This document shows, one piece after another, positions 1-9,026 of a stretch of 44,757 bases of DNA. The DNA is taken from NCBI GenBank assembly GCA_046754105.1, contig JBHHVD010000012.1, forward strand, positions 1 through 44,757, given 5' to 3'. A model generated the notes under the pieces. That model did not search any database and was not told the origin of the DNA. It was given only the letters and a program-made list of their open reading frames with translations. How positions within the stretch are numbered: position 1 is the first letter of the stretch; every line of letters starts with the position of its first letter. The position numbers and the translations under genes were made by a program. The stretch is from Candidatus Krumholzibacteriia bacterium. Its GTDB lineage: Bacteria > Krumholzibacteriota > Krumholzibacteriia > WVZY01.

Positions 1-334
1 GCCCTGAGTAACCCACGATAAATGGAGGGGTCCAGCCGTTTCTATATGTTCTAGCACCGCACGGCGGCGACCTTGAGGGAGTGTTTCCACGACGACGGTC
101 CCCTTCGCCCCGACACGATTGCGGTCGAACCATCCACGTGGGGCCGGGTCAAGGCCCTGTACCAGTAGCCTTGCCGAACACGGCCACGGCACGAGCGGGC
201 TGCCGTACGCCCTGCGACCACAAGACCCGGAGGCACGTGCCCGCAGACTCAGGCACGATACACCTGACTCTAACCGTATGATCTATTATATCAATAGATT
301 AGCCGCCTCTATCGCTGTATTTAACATTCTGCCA

Positions 335-363
335 TTGCAAAGCGTTACCATGTGTGGTAACAT
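335..363 (+). promoter_or_regulatory. sigma70-type promoter of the TA pair
   Basis: TTGCAA (335-340), 17 bp spacer, TAACAT (358-363), with extended -10 TG at 355-356, in an AT-rich patch. ATG at 369 sits near the expected +1. Confidence 0.7.
344..361. promoter_or_regulatory. palindromic operator, likely antitoxin autoregulation site
   Basis: Perfect inverted repeat GTTACCA-tgtg-TGGTAAC covering the spacer and overlapping the -10. Confidence 0.65.
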
Positions 364-368
364 TACTC

Positions 369-563
369 ATGGGGAAGATCCGGCGGGGCGGGTACGTGTT
401 TCTCACGTACAAGGGTGATCACGGTCCGAAGCACGTCCATGTATACAGGGACTCCAGGCTCGTTGTGAAGTGGGACCTCGAGAACGAGAGGGAAATGAAG
501 GGAAAAGCGACGAAGAGAGTGTTAGCTCTGGTTCGGGAACTTCAGGCGGAAGGTCTGCTGTGA
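369..563 (+). CDS. DUF4160-like small putative toxin (64 aa)
   Basis: MGKIRRGGYVFLTYKGDHGPKHVHVY has the DHxPxHVHV motif typical of DUF4160. GTGA overlap with the next gene. Start moved to ATG 369. Confidence 0.7.
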   Translation: MGKIRRGGYVFLTYKGDHGPKHVHVYRDSRLVVKWDLENEREMKGKATKRVLALVRELQAEGLL

Positions 564-1027
564 AAATCCGCAAGGTCAACCAAAACAACCGTAAGAAAAC
601 GTTCGAAGTCGCAACCGCGGGCAAGGTCTATTCGTTCCCGTACGCCAAACTCGACACGCCGCCGTCACGAAACGACATGATCAGAGAACTTTTCGTCGAT
701 AAAGAACTGGGGAACGAAGCGTTCACCTACGTTCTCGAGTCCGGCCGGGAGGGAACGGTGCACATCGACCACGTTCTCGACTACAACCAGGATCCCACGT
801 ATCTCAGGAACATGCTCCTGTACAAGTTGACGCTGGAAGCACAAGGACAGGTAGAACGAAGCCCGTTGAGCAAGCGAGAGATCATTCGGAGGCTGGGCAC
901 CTCCGCCAGCCAGTTCTACAGACTCCTGGACCAGGCCAATTACAAGAAGTCCTTCGGCCAGCTCCTGGCGCTGCTCGATATCCTCGAATGTGAAGTTGAA
1001 CTCACCGTGAAGGGTCCGGAATCCTAG
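560..1027 (+). CDS. putative antitoxin with C-terminal HTH (155 aa)
   Basis: GTG at 560 overlaps the toxin TGA and is in frame with ORF 470-1027. C-terminal LSKREIIRRLGTSASQFYRLLD is an Xre-like HTH. Confidence 0.7.
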   Translation: MKIRKVNQNNRKKTFEVATAGKVYSFPYAKLDTPPSRNDMIRELFVDKELGNEAFTYVLESGREGTVHIDHVLDYNQDPTYLRNMLLYKLTLEAQGQVERSPLSKREIIRRLGTSASQFYRLLDQANYKKSFGQLLALLDILECEVELTVKGPES

Positions 1028-1937
1028 TACCCGGCCCACCCGCCACGCAGACGCGGTTGCGGCCCTTGTTTTTCGCCACGTAGAGGGCCTCGTCGGCCCG
1101 CGCGACCAACTCCTCGATGGTATCGCCGTCGTCGGGAAACTGGGCAACGCCGATGCTGATCGTGACCGAAATGGTGGCATCGCCAAAGACGATCGGCGTC
1201 TTCTCGATCTCCTTCCTCAGGTTGTCGGCGGCGGCGCGGGCTTCCTTCCTGGACTGCTCGCTCAAGTACGAAACGAACTCCTCGCCGCCGTAGCGGGCGG
1301 AGACGTCGGTCTTGCGCAGGTTGGCGCCGATGACGGCCCCGATCCTGGTGAGCGTGTGGCTCCCGGCTGGGTGCCCGTAGGTGTCGTTGACCTTCTTGAA
1401 ATGGTCCAGATCCATCATCAACACGGACAGCGGTACGCCGAACTGCCGGCAGCGCTTGAGCTCGTGGCGCAACGCGAGATAGAGGGATTCCTTTGTCAGC
1501 AGCCCGGTGAGGGCGTCGTACTTGATCTTTTTCTGGATTTCCTTGTGATACTTGATGTCCTCGGCGTCGAGCAGCTCGAAGCGGAGAACGGTGTTACCGA
1601 TGCGGATCTTGTCCCCATCCTCGAGCAGGACGTTCTGCACCTCTCTGTTATTGACGAACGTCTTGTTGGTGCTTCCGGTGTCGACGAGCCGGTACTCGCT
1701 CGGCGTGCCGTCTCTGGCGTACCGCAACCGGATCACGGCGTGGCGGCGCGAAGTCGTTTCCTCGGGGATGGAAATATCGCAGGTGCTGTCGCGGCCAATG
1801 ACGTATTCCGGCTTACGCAGCCGGTAGTCCCGCCCGATCTCGTGCCCCTGGATCACGATGAGCACGGCGTGGATGCGCCGCAGCCTCTCACCTGGCTTTG
1901 CGATCTTGATGCGAACGGTGTGGTCTGCCATGAGCAT
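1002..1937 (-). CDS. FHA-domain diguanylate cyclase
   Basis: FHA motifs IGR, SRRHA, DTGSTNKTFVN. GGDEF domain DALTGL, DLDHFKKVNDTYGH, RYGGEEF with intact RxxD I-site (RKTD). Start uncertain (1931 or 1937). Confidence 0.9.
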   Translation of the reverse strand: MLMADHTVRIKIAKPGERLRRIHAVLIVIQGHEIGRDYRLRKPEYVIGRDSTCDISIPEETTSRRHAVIRLRYARDGTPSEYRLVDTGSTNKTFVNNREVQNVLLEDGDKIRIGNTVLRFELLDAEDIKYHKEIQKKIKYDALTGLLTKESLYLALRHELKRCRQFGVPLSVLMMDLDHFKKVNDTYGHPAGSHTLTRIGAVIGANLRKTDVSARYGGEEFVSYLSEQSRKEARAAADNLRKEIEKTPIVFGDATISVTISIGVAQFPDDGDTIEELVARADEALYVAKNKGRNRVCVAGGPGTRIPDPSR

Positions 1938-2117
1938 CGTCGGGCGGCCGCCCGGAGGGCCCGATCCGGCAGCCCCCCGGATCTCACCCCGGGGAGATAT
2001 ACTAGCAGAGATGAATAGGAGACGTAAGGAAAATGCAACCGGGCGCCAAAAGGCCGGCGGGAGCCGCAAACGTCGCAGCTCCCGCCGTTCTCACACCCCC
2101 CCCCTTGCAAAGAAAGC

Positions 2118-5100
2118 TCAGTGCACCACCACCAGTTTCCGGGTATGGGTTGCCGTCCCGCTCACCGCCCTGATGAAATAGACGCCCGAGGCCACCCGGC
2201 GTCCGGCCCCGTCGCGTCCGTTCCAGTGCACCGTGTGGGTGCGGTTCGCGTAGAGCCCGCGGACCAGCACCCGCACCCGGCGGCCCTGCACGTCGTAGAT
2301 CGCCACTTCGGTCGGCTGAGCCAGGCCTCCAATGCCGGCGGCAAACTCCACGGTCAGCTCCCCGCCCCGGAACGGGATCGGCCATGCCCGGAGCGGCACG
2401 CCGGCCAACGGCGGCACCGACCCCTCTGCGGTTTCGCCGAGAAGGAACTCTTCGCCGAGCTTGTTTATGGCAAAGAGCCGGTAACGGTCGCCGTCCACGC
2501 CGGCGGGATCGTGGTACGAGGTCTCCCGGGTGCGGGAGACCAGGGTGGACCAGGTCGCGCCGCCGCGCTTCTCGAGGCGGTAGCCGTCAAGGTCGGCGGG
2601 GCCGGGGTCGGTCTGCCACGAGACCACCAGCCCGGGCGAGCTGGGGGCCGGTGCCACCAGCAGTGCCAGGAGTGCAATCGAGGTCTCGATGGTAAAGAAC
2701 GAATCCGTCGCCGAGAGAGAATACGGCAGCTCCCGAACCACCCGCATGCGGCAAAATCGCGACGGGCTGTGGGGAACGGTCATGTCGTAGGCGCCGCCGC
2801 TCACGTCCGCGGCCAGGGTGCTGTAGCTCGCCCCGCCGTCGACCGAGAGCATGACATCGACCGGGCCCACGCCGTCCCAGCGCACGGTGCGCTGGGCGCC
2901 GACCGGCCAGGTGGCTCCTCCCGCCGGGACCCCCAGCTCGACGGCGGCCGAGGCGTACTTGAGGTCGAGGTTGCTGCCGTCGTAATAACTGACGCGAGCA
3001 TTGCCCTGGGCATCGAGGGCGAGCGAGGCGTATGTGCCCGCGTTCACGGTGGCATCGACGGTCTCCAGTGCCCACACGCCACCGGTCTTCACGGCGTGTT
3101 TGAGGCCCCCGTTGGTCGTGTCCCGGTAAACGACATGAGGAGTTCCCTGGCCGTCGAGGGCGAGCGAGGCGTACGAGCCCACGTTCCCCGCGGCATCGAC
3201 CGTCTCCAGCGCCCACCCCCCGCCGCTCTTCACCGCGTACTCGAGGTCGCCGTTGGTCGCGTCGTTGTAAGCGATGTGGGGCACTCCCGCCGCATCGAGG
3301 GCGAGCGAGGTGTACTGGCCCACCGTTCCCGCGGCATCCACCACCTCGAGTGCCCACACGCCGGCGCTCTTCACCGCATACTTGAGATCCTTGTTGGTAA
3401 CGTCGTAGTAACTGATGTGGGGATTGCCCTGGTCATCGAGGGCGAGCGAAGTGTGCTGACCCACCATTCCCACCGCATCGACCGTCTCCAGCGCCCACAC
3501 GCCGCCGGTCTTCACCGCATACTCGAGGTCACGGTTGACCAGGTCATAATAGCTGATGTGGGGGCGTCCCCCGGAATCGAGGGCAAGCGAGGTGTACAAA
3601 CCCACGCTCCCCGCGGCGTCGACCGTTTCTACCGTCCACACCCCACCGGTTCTCGCCCCGTACTTGAGGTCGCCGTTGGTCTGGTCCCAGTAACTGATCC
3701 GGGGTTCTCCCTGGTCATCGAGGGCGAGCGAGGTATACTGGCCCACCGTGCCCGGCGTATCGACCGTCTCCAGCACCCAGAGCCCGCCGCTTTTGACCGC
3801 GTACTCGAGGTCATAGTTGGTCCCGTCCTGGTAACTGATGTGGGGGCGCCCGTGGGCGTCGAGGGCGAGCGAGGTGAACCAGCCCACGACCCCGGTTGCA
3901 CCCACCACCGTGTTCCACCACGGCGACTCGAAACCCAGGATGGAGAACACGGCGGGGGACTCCGCGGTCGAGTACGGATCGGCGCGGACAATGCGGACTC
4001 GCGCAGACGCGGTCGTTACCGCCGGCACCGCGACACCCGCCGCGCCCCCGGTGACGTTCGATGCCATCGTCTGGTAGGTGAGACCGCCGTCGAGCGAGAG
4101 CAGGACATCGACCGTCCCCAGCCCGCCCCAACGGACCGTGGCCTGCCCGCCGGATTGCCACCGCTCCCCACCCGTCGGGGAGGTGAGATGGATCGCCGCG
4201 TCGGCGTACTTGAGGTCTGCGTTGGCCCAGTCGTAATAACTGATGTGGGGGCTTCCTTGGGCATCGAGGGCGAGCGAGGTGAACCAGCCCACACTCCCCA
4301 TGGCATCCACCGTCTCGAGGGTCCACACCCCGCCGGTCTTCACCGCGTACTCGAGGTCGCCGTTGGTCTGGTCGGAGTACCCGAGGTGGGGATTTCCCTG
4401 GACGTCGAGGGCGAGCGAGGTGTAAAAGCCGATACTCCCGGTGGCATCGACCGTCTCGAGGGTCCACACCCCACCGCTCTTCACCGCGTACTTGAGATCT
4501 GCGTTGGTCACATCCTGGTAACTGATGTGGGGGTTTCCTTGGGCATCGAGGGCGAGCGAGGTGTACGCGCCCACTAGCCCGGCGGCATCGACCGTCTCCA
4601 GCACCCACACCCCACCGCTCTTCACCGCGTACTTGAGATCTGCGTTGGCCTGGCCGTAATAACTGACGTGGGGGCGCCCCTGGGCATCGAGGGCGAGCGA
4701 GATGTCCCAGCCCGGATCCGTGGCATCGACCGTTTCGAGCGTCCACACGCCTCCGGACTTCGCCGCGTATTTGAGATTCAGGTTGGTCTCGTCATCATAG
4801 CTGATGTGAGGACGACCCTGGTCGTCGAGTACGAGCGAGGAAAACCCGCCCACGTCCCCCGTGGCATCGACCGTTTCGAGCGTCCACACGCCCCCGGACT
4901 TCACCGCGTACCTGAGATCCTGGTTGGTGAGATCGTAATAACTGATGTGGGGATCTCCCTGGGCGTCGAGGGCCAGCGAGGTAAACCGGCCCACGTCCCC
5001 CGCAGCATCGACCGTCTCGACGGTCCATGTTCCCCCGATCCTGACCGTGTACCTGAGGTCGCCGTTGGTCGCGTCGTAGTAGCTGATGTGGGGGTTTCCC

Positions 5101-7784
5101 TGGCCATCGAGGGCCAGCGAGGCCTCGTTGCCCACGCTACCCACGGTATCGATCGCCAGGATGAAAAACGGCGTCGCCGAGGGTGACTCGAGGTCCAGGA
5201 TGGAAAACACGGAAGGGGACTCCGAGCTCGAGTACGGATCGGCGCGGACAATACGGACCCGTGCAGACCCGGTCGTCACCGCCGGCACCGCGACAGCCGC
5301 CGCGCCCCCGGTGACGTTCGACGTCATCGTCTGGTAGGTGAAACCACCGTCGAGGGAGAGCAGGACATCGACCGTCCCCAGTCCGCCCCAACGGACCGTG
5401 GCCTGCCCCCCGGATTGCCACCGCTCCCCGCCGACCGGGGAGGTGAGATGGATCGATGCGTCCGCGTACTCGAGGTCGCCGTTGCTCGCGTCGTAGTGGC
5501 TGATGTGGGGATTCCCCTGCGTATCGAGGGCGAGCGAGGGGTACCAGCCCACATCCCCGGTGGCGGTGACCGTCTCCAGTGCCCACACCCCGCCGGTCTT
5601 CACCCCGTACTTGAGATCCCCGTTGGTATAGTCGTAATACCCGACGTGGGGATCTCCCTGGCCGTCGAGGGCGAGCGACGTATGCGAGCCGACACTCCCC
5701 GTGGAGTCGACCGTCTCCATCGCCCACGCGCCGGCGCTCTTCACCGCATACTTGAGGTCATCGTTGGTCTCATCGTGATAGCTAATGTGGGGGTGTCCCT
5801 GGGCATCGAGGGCGAGCGAGGGGTAGGCGCCGACATTCCCCGCGGCATCGACTGTCTCCAGCGCCCACACCCCACCGGTTTTCACCGCGTACTTGAGATC
5901 CCGGTTGGTGAAGTCCTGATAACTGATGTTGGGGCGTCCCTGCCCATCGAGGGCGAGCGAGGTGCGCCAGCCCACGTCTGCCGCGGCATCGACGGTCTCG
6001 AACGCCCACACTCCCGCAGTCTTCACCGCGTACTTGAGGTCCCCGTTGGTGTTATCGTAATAGCTGATGTGGGGGTCCCCCTGGCTGTCGAGAGCGAGCG
6101 AGGTGTACTGGCCCACGTCTCCCGTGGCATCCACCGTTTCGAGTACCCACACCCCCCCGGATTTCACCGCGTACTCGAGGTCCCCGTTGCCCCAGTCGTA
6201 ATAGCTGATGTGGGGGTCTCCCTGGTCGTCGAGGGCCAGCGAGGTGAACCCGCCCACATTCCCGCTGGCATCGACCGTCTCGACGGTCCACGTCCCCCGG
6301 GTCCTGACCGCGTACTCGAGGTCCCCGTTAGTCGCGTCATAATAGCTGATGTGGGGGTCTCCCCGGACATCGAGGGCCAGCGAGGCGTACGAGCCCACCT
6401 CACCCACGGAGTCCACCGCCACATTGAAAAACGGCGTCGCCGAGGGCGACTCGAAGTTCAGGATCGAGAACACGGAAGGGGACTCCGAGCTCGAGTACGG
6501 AACGGCGCGGACAACACGGACCCGCGCGAACCCGGTCGTCACCGCCGGCACCGCGACCGTTGCCTCGCCCCCGGTGATGTTCAATGCCAAGGTCTGGTAG
6601 ATGAGAGCACCGTCGAGGGCCAGCAGGATGTCGACCGTCCCGACACCCTGCCAGCGGACCGTGGCCTGCCCCCCGGATTGCCACCGCTCCCCACCCCCCG
6701 GGGAGGTGAGAAGGATGGCCTCGTCGGCGTACTTGAGGTCCTGGTTTGTGCGGTCGTAATAACTGATGTGGGGGATTCCCTGGGCATCGAGGGCCAGCGA
6801 GATGTCCCAGCCCACGTCTCCCGTGGCATCGACCGTCTCGAGCGTCCACGCCCCCCCGCTCCTGACCGCGTACTTGACGTCGCCGTTGGCCTCATCGTAA
6901 TAGCTGATGTGGGGGTCTCCCTGGCCGTCGAGGGCGAGCGAGGTGTACCCCCCACCGCCAAGCCCGAGGGAGTCGACGGTCTCGGACACCCACACCCCGC
7001 TGGTCTTGTCTGCGTACAGGACCCGGTGTTGGGCCTGTTCGTAATAACTGATGTGGGGGATTCCCTGGACGTTGAGGACGAGAGAGGGGAACCAGCCCGT
7101 ATCGCCCCATGCATCGGCCGTCTCGAACACCCACACCCCACCGGACTTTACCGCGTACTCGAGATCCCGGGAGACGTCGTTCTGATAAGCGATGTGGGGG
7201 TTTCCCTGGGCATCGAGGGCGAGCGAGCTGTAAAAACCGATACCCGGGGAATCGACCGTCTCGGACGTCCACACGCCCCCGGACTTCGCCGCGTACCTGA
7301 CGGCCCCCCACCCGTAATAGCTGATGTGGGGGTTTCCCTGGGCATCGAGGGCGAGCGAGGGTAACAACCCCACGTATCCCGCGGTGTCGGCCGTCTCGAG
7401 GGTCCACACTCCCCCGGACTTCACGGCATACTTGAGGTCGCCGTTGGTGTTATCGAAATAGCTGATGTGGGGGCGTCCCTGGGTATCGAGGGCGAGCGAG
7501 GTGTACGTGCCCACGTCCCCCGGGGAATCGACCGACTCGACGGTCCACGCTCCCTCCGTCTTGACCGCATACTTGAGGTCCCCGTTGGTTTCATCATAAT
7601 AGCTGATGTGGGGGTCTCCCTGGGCATCGAGGGCGAGCGAGGTGGACCGGCCCACGTGACCCACAGTGTCGACCGCCACGCTGAAAAACGGTGTCGCCGC
7701 CGCCGTTGCCGACGAGGCGCACATCGCGGCCACCACCACGGCTACCGCAACCGTCAAGCAAATTGCCCGATAACGAACACACAT
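2118..7784 (-). CDS. secreted protein: 4 x (7-bladed beta-propeller + Ig-like spacer), then C-terminal FlgD/T9SS-like sorting domain (1888 aa)
   Basis: SD AAGGAGG before ATG 7784; signal peptide; 28 repeats like ETVDAxGxVGxxTSLALDxQGxPHISYYDxxNxDLKYAVKxGGxW in four blocks of seven; ends WPIP...IYDVQGRRV...WNGRD...SGVYF...RKLVVVH. Confidence 0.88.
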   Translation of the reverse strand: MCVRYRAICLTVAVAVVVAAMCASSATAAATPFFSVAVDTVGHVGRSTSLALDAQGDPHISYYDETNGDLKYAVKTEGAWTVESVDSPGDVGTYTSLALDTQGRPHISYFDNTNGDLKYAVKSGGVWTLETADTAGYVGLLPSLALDAQGNPHISYYGWGAVRYAAKSGGVWTSETVDSPGIGFYSSLALDAQGNPHIAYQNDVSRDLEYAVKSGGVWVFETADAWGDTGWFPSLVLNVQGIPHISYYEQAQHRVLYADKTSGVWVSETVDSLGLGGGGYTSLALDGQGDPHISYYDEANGDVKYAVRSGGAWTLETVDATGDVGWDISLALDAQGIPHISYYDRTNQDLKYADEAILLTSPGGGERWQSGGQATVRWQGVGTVDILLALDGALIYQTLALNITGGEATVAVPAVTTGFARVRVVRAVPYSSSESPSVFSILNFESPSATPFFNVAVDSVGEVGSYASLALDVRGDPHISYYDATNGDLEYAVRTRGTWTVETVDASGNVGGFTSLALDDQGDPHISYYDWGNGDLEYAVKSGGVWVLETVDATGDVGQYTSLALDSQGDPHISYYDNTNGDLKYAVKTAGVWAFETVDAAADVGWRTSLALDGQGRPNISYQDFTNRDLKYAVKTGGVWALETVDAAGNVGAYPSLALDAQGHPHISYHDETNDDLKYAVKSAGAWAMETVDSTGSVGSHTSLALDGQGDPHVGYYDYTNGDLKYGVKTGGVWALETVTATGDVGWYPSLALDTQGNPHISHYDASNGDLEYADASIHLTSPVGGERWQSGGQATVRWGGLGTVDVLLSLDGGFTYQTMTSNVTGGAAAVAVPAVTTGSARVRIVRADPYSSSESPSVFSILDLESPSATPFFILAIDTVGSVGNEASLALDGQGNPHISYYDATNGDLRYTVRIGGTWTVETVDAAGDVGRFTSLALDAQGDPHISYYDLTNQDLRYAVKSGGVWTLETVDATGDVGGFSSLVLDDQGRPHISYDDETNLNLKYAAKSGGVWTLETVDATDPGWDISLALDAQGRPHVSYYGQANADLKYAVKSGGVWVLETVDAAGLVGAYTSLALDAQGNPHISYQDVTNADLKYAVKSGGVWTLETVDATGSIGFYTSLALDVQGNPHLGYSDQTNGDLEYAVKTGGVWTLETVDAMGSVGWFTSLALDAQGSPHISYYDWANADLKYADAAIHLTSPTGGERWQSGGQATVRWGGLGTVDVLLSLDGGLTYQTMASNVTGGAAGVAVPAVTTASARVRIVRADPYSTAESPAVFSILGFESPWWNTVVGATGVVGWFTSLALDAHGRPHISYQDGTNYDLEYAVKSGGLWVLETVDTPGTVGQYTSLALDDQGEPRISYWDQTNGDLKYGARTGGVWTVETVDAAGSVGLYTSLALDSGGRPHISYYDLVNRDLEYAVKTGGVWALETVDAVGMVGQHTSLALDDQGNPHISYYDVTNKDLKYAVKSAGVWALEVVDAAGTVGQYTSLALDAAGVPHIAYNDATNGDLEYAVKSGGGWALETVDAAGNVGSYASLALDGQGTPHVVYRDTTNGGLKHAVKTGGVWALETVDATVNAGTYASLALDAQGNARVSYYDGSNLDLKYASAAVELGVPAGGATWPVGAQRTVRWDGVGPVDVMLSVDGGASYSTLAADVSGGAYDMTVPHSPSRFCRMRVVRELPYSLSATDSFFTIETSIALLALLVAPAPSSPGLVVSWQTDPGPADLDGYRLEKRGGATWSTLVSRTRETSYHDPAGVDGDRYRLFAINKLGEEFLLGETAEGSVPPLAGVPLRAWPIPFRGGELTVEFAAGIGGLAQPTEVAIYDVQGRRVRVLVRGLYANRTHTVHWNGRDGAGRRVASGVYFIRAVSGTATHTRKLVVVH
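2950..7695 (-). repeat. intragenic ~141-bp blade repeats (28 copies in 4 blocks)
   Basis: Recurrent DNA motifs such as ctgatgtggggg...tcgagggcgagcgag...gcatcgaccgtctc at ~141 bp period. Boundaries approximate. Confidence 0.9.
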
Positions 7785-7899
7785 TGTATTCCTCCTTGTT
7801 CTGCGGCATGCCCGCGTCGCTGCAAACGCGGCGGGATCCACTCACGCGCGGGCGACGACTCGCCCGATGCGGAAACGCAGCTTTTCCGAAGCGCGGCGG
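7782..7899 (-). repeat. duplicated 5' leader shared with 12155-12231
   Basis: cattgtattYctccttgttctRcggcatgcccgcgtcgctgYaaacgcggcgggatcc and cttttccgaagYgcggcgg occur upstream of both propeller genes. This copy has an extra ~40 bp. Confidence 0.85.
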
Positions 7900-7901
7900 C
7901 T

Positions 7902-9026
7902 CTACCGCACCACGGCGAGTTTCCGGTGCGCGGTCAGTCCGGTGCCGGTGGTCAGGCGCACGAAGTAGATGCCCGAAGAAAGCTCTCCGGCACGCCACGC
8001 AATGCGGTGCTTTCCCGGCACGGTGAAGAACTCGCGCGGCCGGTGCGCGACCAGTTTTCCCTCTATATTATAAAGTTCGAGCGCGACCCCATCCGGGCGC
8101 GGCAGATAAAAGGAGACGGTGGTTGGATGAGCGCTGCCACGTGCCGGGTTCGGCCACAGCGCCGTCAACTCGAAGGCGCTAAACGTTGGCGGCCTGTCCC
8201 CGGGAATACCCGTTGCCTTGGGGAGGTCGTTCCCCAGGGCCACGACCGATAGCTGATTGATCGATCCGACGAAGCTCCAGCTCACCCCGTCCGCAGAAGC
8301 GGCGACCAGGCCCTCGGACGTCGTCGCCACCAGGTGGCCGGGTGCCCGTGTCATGCCGCTCATGTGAACCTGCGAGATGGTCCCTACCGTGGTCCAGCTC
8401 ACCCCCTGGTCGGCACTCCTGGCGACGTTGCCGGTGCCGGTGAGGACGTAGAGAATCAGGCCCACGGTGCGGATCTCGACCGCGTCGGGGGTGGTGACCA
8501 CACCGACGGTGGCCCACGAGATGCCCCCGTCGGCGCTCTTCAAAACTTCACCGGTCCGGGTCAGCGCGTAGAGATTGCCGCCGCCGTCATCGGCAGTCAG
8601 ACTCACATGGTTGGATGCGGTGAGCGTGGCCACCGAGGTGAACGTCGCCCCGTTGTCGTCGGAGCGCCGGAGGATCCCGGTTTCGGTGAGAAGCAGGATG
8701 CTGCCGTCGCTGCGGCTCAACATGGCGACGACGTCGGCAGCCGGCACGGCGCCGACGGCGGTCCAGCTGACACCGGTGTCGGTCGACCGGTACACGGTTC
8801 CCGAGCGCGTGGCGAGGAAAAGCTCGTCGCTGGTCTCACCGGCGCCGATCGCGATGGCGTCCGATGCGGGCAGTGCCGAGCGTGCCGCCCAGGTCACGCC
8901 CCCGTCGCCGGAGGCAAAAAGCTCTCCCGTATCGACCAGGCCGAAGAGTGTCGCCGCGTGCAGCGGCGCACACAACGCCACCACCGCGGCAAAGACAAAC
9001 GGTATCTTCAGCGTGAATGCTCTCAT
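7902..9026 (-). CDS. secreted BNR/YCF48-like beta-propeller protein with C-terminal sorting domain (374 aa)
   Basis: Signal peptide ending LHA; repeated SxDxGxSW Asp-boxes; ends WPNP...LYNIEGKLV...SGIYF...RKLAVVR. ATGA overlap with the upstream gene. Confidence 0.85.
   Translation of the reverse strand: MRAFTLKIPFVFAAVVALCAPLHAATLFGLVDTGELFASGDGGVTWAARSALPASDAIAIGAGETSDELFLATRSGTVYRSTDTGVSWTAVGAVPAADVVAMLSRSDGSILLLTETGILRRSDDNGATFTSVATLTASNHVSLTADDGGGNLYALTRTGEVLKSADGGISWATVGVVTTPDAVEIRTVGLILYVLTGTGNVARSADQGVSWTTVGTISQVHMSGMTRAPGHLVATTSEGLVAASADGVSWSFVGSINQLSVVALGNDLPKATGIPGDRPPTFSAFELTALWPNPARGSAHPTTVSFYLPRPDGVALELYNIEGKLVAHRPREFFTVPGKHRIAWRAGELSSGIYFVRLTTGTGLTAHRKLAVVR

Noticed and set aside
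269..299. AT-rich palindrome as a dif or att site
   Set aside because: Only a partial XerD-arm match, no XerC arm, no integrase and no partner site in the window.
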